A stretch of 64,000 nt of DNA from Alphaproteobacteria bacterium (GTDB lineage: Bacteria; Pseudomonadota; Alphaproteobacteria; MPNO01), in NCBI GenBank assembly GCA_965248835.1, contig CBDFLJ010000001.1, positions 1,120,001-1,184,000 on the forward strand, read 5' to 3'. Position 1 is the stretch's first letter; the number at the start of each line of letters is the position of its first letter. The notes below the pieces were generated by a model, which saw only the letters and a program-made list of their open reading frames with translations, had not been told where the DNA came from and did no database searches. A program made the translations under genes and the position numbers. Below, one piece after another: positions 58,841-64,000 of the stretch.

Positions 58841-60247
58841 ATGCCGGACGAGAACACGAACTTGCGGGCCGCGATCCCCTCGGTCGACCGGCTGCTCGGA
58901 ACGCCGGTGCTGGCCGCGGCCTGCAACCGGCTGGGCCGCGCGCTGGTGCTGGACAGCACGCGCGCGGTGCTGGACGAGGTCCGCGCCGGGATCGGGGATT
59001 GCGGCGCGGTGGAGATCGCAGCGCTTGCCGCCCGCATCGAGGCGCGTGCCCGAGCCGCGCTCGAGCCTTCGCTCAAGCCGGTCTTCAACCTGACCGGCAC
59101 GGTGTTGCACACCAATCTCGGCCGCGCGGTGCTGGCCGATGAGGCGGTCGCGGCGGTGATCGAAGCCGCGCGCCGGCCGACCAACCTGGAATACGATTTC
59201 GGGCAGGCAGGGCGCGGCGACCGCGACGCGCACATGGAGGCGTTGATCTGTCGGCTGACCGGCGCCGAGGCCGCAACGGTGGTCAACAACAATGCCGCTG
59301 CGGTGCTTCTGGTGCTCAACACGCTCGCGCTGGGCAGAGAGGTGCCGGTCTCGCGCGGCGAGCTGGTCGAGATCGGCGGCGCGTTCCGCATGCCCGACAT
59401 CATGGCCCGGGCCGGCTGCCGGCTGCGCGAGGTCGGCACCACCAACCGCACCCACCTGAAGGACTACGAGTCCGCGATCGGCCCGGAGACCGGGCTGGTG
59501 ATGAAGGTCCATTGCAGCAACTACGCGATCCAGGGTTTTACGGCTGCGGTGCCCGAAGCCGCGCTCGCCAAGCTCTGCGGTGGACGCGGCGTGCCGTTCG
59601 CGGTCGATCTCGGCAGCGGTGCGCTGGTCGATCTGGAGACCTGCGGGCTGCCGCACGAGCGGACTCCGCGCGAGACTCTCGCGGCCGGCGCCGGCCTGGT
59701 GACGTTCAGCGGTGACAAGCTCCTGGGCGGGCCGCAGGCCGGCATCATCGCCGGCCAAGCCGAGTTGATCGCCCGGCTGAAGAACAACCCGCTCAAGCGC
59801 GCACTCAGGGTCGACAAGATGACCGTCGCCGCCCTGTCGGCGACGCTCGCGCTTTATCTCGACCCGGACAGGCTGGTCGAGCGCGTGCCGGGCCTGCGCC
59901 AACTCGCCCGCCCAGAGGCCGACATCGCCGCGTCTGCCGCCCGGCTGCAAACACCGCTGGCGGCGGCATTGGGCGAGACCGCGGCGGTCGCCGTCATCGC
60001 CTGCCACAGCCAGATCGGCAGCGGCGCGCTGCCGGTCGACAGCCTGCCGAGCCGCGGGCTCGCGATCACCCCGGTGCTTGCCGGCCGGAAGGGTGCGGGC
60101 ACCGCGCTCAAGCGCCTGGCCGAGGCGTTCGCCGCACTTCCGGTGCCCGTACTGGGCCGCATCCGGGACGGCGCGCTGGTCCTCGACCTGCGCTGTCTGG
60201 AAGACGAGGCGGGCTTCCTCGCCCAGCTCGGCCAGCTGGCCCGATGA
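58841..60247 (+). CDS. selA: L-seryl-tRNA(Sec) selenium transferase
   Basis: NLTGTVLHTNLGRA, VNNNAAA, SRGELVEIGGAFR, EVGTTNRT, PLP lysine in FSGDKLLGGPQAG, RALRVDK. Confidence 0.97.
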   Translation: MPDENTNLRAAIPSVDRLLGTPVLAAACNRLGRALVLDSTRAVLDEVRAGIGDCGAVEIAALAARIEARARAALEPSLKPVFNLTGTVLHTNLGRAVLADEAVAAVIEAARRPTNLEYDFGQAGRGDRDAHMEALICRLTGAEAATVVNNNAAAVLLVLNTLALGREVPVSRGELVEIGGAFRMPDIMARAGCRLREVGTTNRTHLKDYESAIGPETGLVMKVHCSNYAIQGFTAAVPEAALAKLCGGRGVPFAVDLGSGALVDLETCGLPHERTPRETLAAGAGLVTFSGDKLLGGPQAGIIAGQAELIARLKNNPLKRALRVDKMTVAALSATLALYLDPDRLVERVPGLRQLARPEADIAASAARLQTPLAAALGETAAVAVIACHSQIGSGALPVDSLPSRGLAITPVLAGRKGAGTALKRLAEAFAALPVPVLGRIRDGALVLDLRCLEDEAGFLAQLGQLAR

Positions 60248-62172
60248 TCGTCGCCACGGCCGGTCACGTCGACCACGGCAAGACCCTCCTGGTCAAGGCG
60301 CTGACCGGCGTCGATACCGACCGGCTGCCGGAAGAGAAGCTGCGCAGCCTGACCATCGACCTGGGCTTCGCCTACCTGCCGCTCGAGGACGGGACGGTTC
60401 TGGGCTTCATCGACGTCCCCGGCCACGAGCGGTTCGTCCGCAACATGCTGTGCGGGGTGGCCGCGATCGACTATGCGCTGTTGATCGTCGCCGCCGACGA
60501 CGGGGTGATGCCCCAGACCCGCGAGCATCTGGCGATCCTCGATCTTCTGGGCGTCACCGCCGGCGCGGTCGTGATCACCAAGACCGACCGGGTGGAGGCC
60601 GCGCGGATCGATGCGGCGATCGAGGACATCACGCTGCTGATCGACGATACCGGGCTCGCCGAGGCCGAGTTCTTCCCGGTCTCGGCGATGACCGGGGCCG
60701 GGATCGAGGCCTTGCGCGATCATCTGGGCGCCGTCGCGCAACTCACCCAGGCGCGTGCGCAGGCGGGCCACTTCCGCCTTGCCGTCGACCGCGCGTTCAC
60801 CGTCGTCGGCGCCGGGCTGGTGGTCACCGGCACGGTGTTCTCCGGATCGGCCGCGGTCGGCGAACGCCTGGTGATCTCCCCGCGCGGCACCGAGGTCAGG
60901 GTCCGCGGCATTCACGCCCAGGACCGCAAGACCGAGCGCGGCGTCGCGGGCGACCGGTGCGCGCTCAACATCGCCGGCGGCGCGATTGGCAAGGACGATG
61001 TCGGGCGCGGCGACTGGGTCTTGGCCGCCGGCGCCCACCTCCCGGCCCGGCGGATCGATGCCACCGTGCGCCTGCTGGAGGACGAGGACCGCCCGCTCGC
61101 CCACTGGTCGCCGGTGCATGTCCATCTGGCCTCGGCCGACGTCACCGGGCGGGTCGCGATCCTCGACGGTCGGTCCATCCCGCCGGGCGGATCCGGCCTG
61201 ATCCAGCTCGTCCTCGACCGGCCGATCGGTGCGCTGCACGGCGACCGGTTCGTGCTGCGCGACCAATCCGCCCGGCGGACGGTCGGCGGCGGCGCGGTGG
61301 TCGACGTGCTGCCGCCCGCCCGCGGCCGGGCGCGGCCGGGCCGGCTCGCTTATCTGGACGCGATGCGCAGCCCGGATCACCGGGCCGCGCTGCAGGCCGC
61401 GATCGGGTCCGCGGAAGGTGCGGTGTGGCTCGACAAGTTCGCCCGCGCCCGCAACCTCGAGGAACCGGCCGCCGATGCGGTGTTCGCGGCCACCGACATG
61501 ATCGCGCTGGGCGCCGGCGCGCAGCGCATCGGCCTGTCGGCGGCGCGCTGGGCCGCGCTCGGCACCTCGCTGCGCGCTGTTCTCGCGGACTGGCATGCGA
61601 ACAACCCCGACGCGGTCGGCCCCACCGAGGCCAACGTCCGCACCGCGATCAAGCCGCGGCTGCCGAGCGAGGTGCTGGCGCTTGCCATACCCCGGCTCGA
61701 GGCCGACGGCATCGTGGTGCGCGAGGGCGCGCGGCTGCGCCTGCCGGAGCACCGCCCGCGCATGACCGCCCAGGACGAGGCGCTGTGGCTGCGGCTGGCA
61801 CCCCACCTGGACGAGGCCGGCACCCGCCCGCCGCTGGTCCGCGAGCTCGCCGAGACCGCGGGGATCGAGCTGCGCCGGGTCGAGACGTTCCTGGCCCGCG
61901 CGTCCAAGCTCGGCTTGGTGGTCGGTGCGACCAGGAACCGCTTCTATTCGCCGCAGGCGCTGCGCCGGCTGGCCGAGCGCGCGGAAGACGCCGCGGCCGA
62001 GGCGCGTGACGGCATGGTCACCGCCGCCGCCTTTCGCGATCACGCCGGGATCGGCCGCAACCTCGCCATCGAGGTGCTGGAGTATTTCGACCGGGTCCGC
62101 TTCACCCGCCGCAGAGGCGATGTCCGCGAGATCCTGCGTCCCTCCGGAGAAGTCTTCGGCGCCGGCCCATAG
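60244..62172 (+). CDS. selB: Selenocysteine-specific elongation factor
   Basis: TAGHVDHGKT, TIDLGFA, DVPGHERF, MPQTREH; C-terminal winged helix FRD..GIGRNLAIEVLEYFD; 4-bp overlap with selA. Confidence 0.97.
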   Translation: MIVATAGHVDHGKTLLVKALTGVDTDRLPEEKLRSLTIDLGFAYLPLEDGTVLGFIDVPGHERFVRNMLCGVAAIDYALLIVAADDGVMPQTREHLAILDLLGVTAGAVVITKTDRVEAARIDAAIEDITLLIDDTGLAEAEFFPVSAMTGAGIEALRDHLGAVAQLTQARAQAGHFRLAVDRAFTVVGAGLVVTGTVFSGSAAVGERLVISPRGTEVRVRGIHAQDRKTERGVAGDRCALNIAGGAIGKDDVGRGDWVLAAGAHLPARRIDATVRLLEDEDRPLAHWSPVHVHLASADVTGRVAILDGRSIPPGGSGLIQLVLDRPIGALHGDRFVLRDQSARRTVGGGAVVDVLPPARGRARPGRLAYLDAMRSPDHRAALQAAIGSAEGAVWLDKFARARNLEEPAADAVFAATDMIALGAGAQRIGLSAARWAALGTSLRAVLADWHANNPDAVGPTEANVRTAIKPRLPSEVLALAIPRLEADGIVVREGARLRLPEHRPRMTAQDEALWLRLAPHLDEAGTRPPLVRELAETAGIELRRVETFLARASKLGLVVGATRNRFYSPQALRRLAERAEDAAAEARDGMVTAAAFRDHAGIGRNLAIEVLEYFDRVRFTRRRGDVREILRPSGEVFGAGP

Positions 62173-62225
62173 GCCGACCCGCCGAGCCCGGGTCGCGAAC
62201 GGCCCCGTCCAGCCAGGAGCAGTCG

Positions 62226-63884
62226 ATGAAAGCGTCCGATCTTTTCGTGCGGTGCCTCGAAAACGAAGGGGTGAAACGCATCTTCGGCGTGCCCGGCGAG
62301 GAGAACGCCGACGTGATGCTGTCCTTGACCGACAGTTCGATCGAGTTCGTTCTGTGCCGCCACGAGCAGGCTGCGGCCTTCATGGCCGACGCCCATGGCA
62401 GGCTTACCGGCACGCCCGGAGTGTGCCTGGCGACGCTGGGGCCCGGCGCGACCAACCTGGCGACCGGGATCGCCGATGCCAACATGGACCGCGCGCCGGT
62501 GGTCGCCGTCATCGGCCAGGCCACAACCACCCGGCTCCACCGCGAGAGCCACCAGAACATGGACTCTATCGCCATGTACCGCCCGATCACCAAGTGGTCG
62601 CAGTCGATCGCCGGGGCCGAGGTCATGCCCGAGGTGGTCCGCAAGGCCTTCAAGATCGCCACCGCCGAGAAGCCGGGCGCCTGCGTGATCGAGCTTCCTG
62701 AGGACATCGCCGGGTGCCAAGTCGAGGCGCGGCCGATGGGGTCCTACAAGACCCGCCGCCCGGCCGCCGACCACAAGACGGTGGCCGCCGCGATCGAGGC
62801 GATCGCAGCGGCGAGGAACCCGATCATCCTCGCCGGCAACGGCGCGGTGCGCAAACGCGCCTCCGCCCAGCTTCGCCCGCTCGCGGAGAAGGCCGGGATC
62901 GGGGTGGTCAACACCTTCATGGGCAAGGGCGCGGTCGGGCTCGACGATCCGCATTGCCTGTTCACCATCGGCCTGCAGGGGCGCGATCACATCAACGCCG
63001 CGATCGATGCCGCCGACACGATCGTCGCGGTCGGCTACGACCTCGTCGAATACGAGCCGCGGCTATGGAACACGGGGATCGAGAAGACCATCGTCCATAT
63101 CGATTTCGAGCCCGCCGAGGTCGATGACAGCTATCCGGTCGCGGTCGAGATCGTCTCCGATATCGCCGATGCCTTGTGGCACATCAACCAGGGCCTGGAC
63201 GAGCGCCACGGCGGCAAGTTGCCGTTGTTCGATATCGCCGAGCGCGCGGCGCTGCGGCAGACGATCCGCGACGACCTGACCGCCGAAGTCGACGACGGGG
63301 GCTTCCCGATGAAGCCGCAACGGCTGCTGTCGGACATCCGCGCGGTGCTCGGCCGGGCCGACATCCTGTTATCGGACGTCGGAGCACACAAGATGTGGGT
63401 CGCCCGCTACTACCAGTGCTACGAGCCCAATACCTGCCTGATCTCCAACGGATTCTGCTCGATGGGCTTCGCGTTGCCTGGCGCGGTGGGCGCGAAGCTC
63501 GCCTTGCCCGAGCGCCGGGTGCTGGCGGTGTGCGGCGACGGCGGTTTCCTGATGAACCTCCAGGACCTGGAGACCGCGAAACGGCTGGGCATCAACATCG
63601 TCGTCGTCGTCTGGGTCGACGGCGGCTACGGGCTGATCAAATGGAAGCAGCAGAACGCCTTCGACGGCCGGCACTCGGACCTCGCCTTCGGCAATCCGGA
63701 CTTCGAGACCCTGGCCAGGGCCTTCGGCATCTGGGGCAGGACGATCGCCGCGCCCGGCGAATTCGTGCCGGCCCTGGAAGAAGCCTTCCGCCAGCCCGGC
63801 CCGGCCCTGGTCGCGGTCCCGGTCGACTACGCCGAGAACCGCAAGCTCACCGAGCGCCTGGGCAACCTGGTCTGCCCGATCTGA
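62226..63884 (+). CDS. Acetolactate synthase large-subunit-like TPP enzyme
   Basis: FGVPGEEN, RHEQAAAFMA, TLGPGATN, SDVGAHKMW, GDGGF; no small subunit seen in the window. Confidence 0.9.
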   Translation: MKASDLFVRCLENEGVKRIFGVPGEENADVMLSLTDSSIEFVLCRHEQAAAFMADAHGRLTGTPGVCLATLGPGATNLATGIADANMDRAPVVAVIGQATTTRLHRESHQNMDSIAMYRPITKWSQSIAGAEVMPEVVRKAFKIATAEKPGACVIELPEDIAGCQVEARPMGSYKTRRPAADHKTVAAAIEAIAAARNPIILAGNGAVRKRASAQLRPLAEKAGIGVVNTFMGKGAVGLDDPHCLFTIGLQGRDHINAAIDAADTIVAVGYDLVEYEPRLWNTGIEKTIVHIDFEPAEVDDSYPVAVEIVSDIADALWHINQGLDERHGGKLPLFDIAERAALRQTIRDDLTAEVDDGGFPMKPQRLLSDIRAVLGRADILLSDVGAHKMWVARYYQCYEPNTCLISNGFCSMGFALPGAVGAKLALPERRVLAVCGDGGFLMNLQDLETAKRLGINIVVVVWVDGGYGLIKWKQQNAFDGRHSDLAFGNPDFETLARAFGIWGRTIAAPGEFVPALEEAFRQPGPALVAVPVDYAENRKLTERLGNLVCPI

Positions 63885-64000
63885 GCCGGGGCGGCCCGTC
63901 GACCGCAGGGGCTTGCGCGGCCCCAGCATTCGCGCCACGTTCGTATCGGCGCCTGGATCGGCGCCGCGCCGAAAACCGGAAACCGCAGGAGGGACCACGT

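Noticed and set aside
88-63998. Numerous long antisense and alternate-frame ORFs (e.g. 7342..9432, 27081..29045, 33150..34955, 59854..62043)
   Set aside because: They are shadows of well-supported genes, with no family motifs of their own.
58798-64000. tRNA-Sec (selC) near selAB
   Set aside because: The intergenic gaps are too short, and I could not fold a cloverleaf in 63885-64000.
1-64000. CRISPR array, rRNA, or additional UGA-recoded genes
   Set aside because: No regularly spaced repeats or rRNA-like sequence seen. The other TGA-flanked genes I inspected look complete, though this by-eye check was not exhaustive.

Overview
Very GC-rich bacterial chromosomal DNA, probably alphaproteobacterial (inferred from the cold-shock protein). 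It holds about 54 densely packed genes. Most encode catabolism of aromatics and N-compounds: 4 Rieske oxygenase alpha subunits, 2 UbiD decarboxylases, 2 molybdenum-hydroxylase large subunits, 2 extradiol dioxygenases, tandem gamma-resorcylate-decarboxylase-like genes, amidohydrolases and SDRs. It also carries glnS, selA-selB, and a small defence islet (vapBC plus a type IIG/DrmMI-like restriction-modification gene) next to a degenerate duplicate of a neighbouring gene end. The best-supported hidden feature is a DsbA/FrnE-type selenoprotein that the ORF track truncates: in-frame UGA in a U-P-W-C motif, followed by a bacterial SECIS hairpin. It heads an aniline-dioxygenase-like operon (TdnQ-like ligase plus oxygenase alpha/beta) that lacks the usual TdnT and reductase. 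I recognised no transcription regulator, tRNA, rRNA, CRISPR array, integrase or transposase. All family calls come from motif recognition by eye, without database searches. Start codons were re-chosen by hand where the ORF track over-extends.
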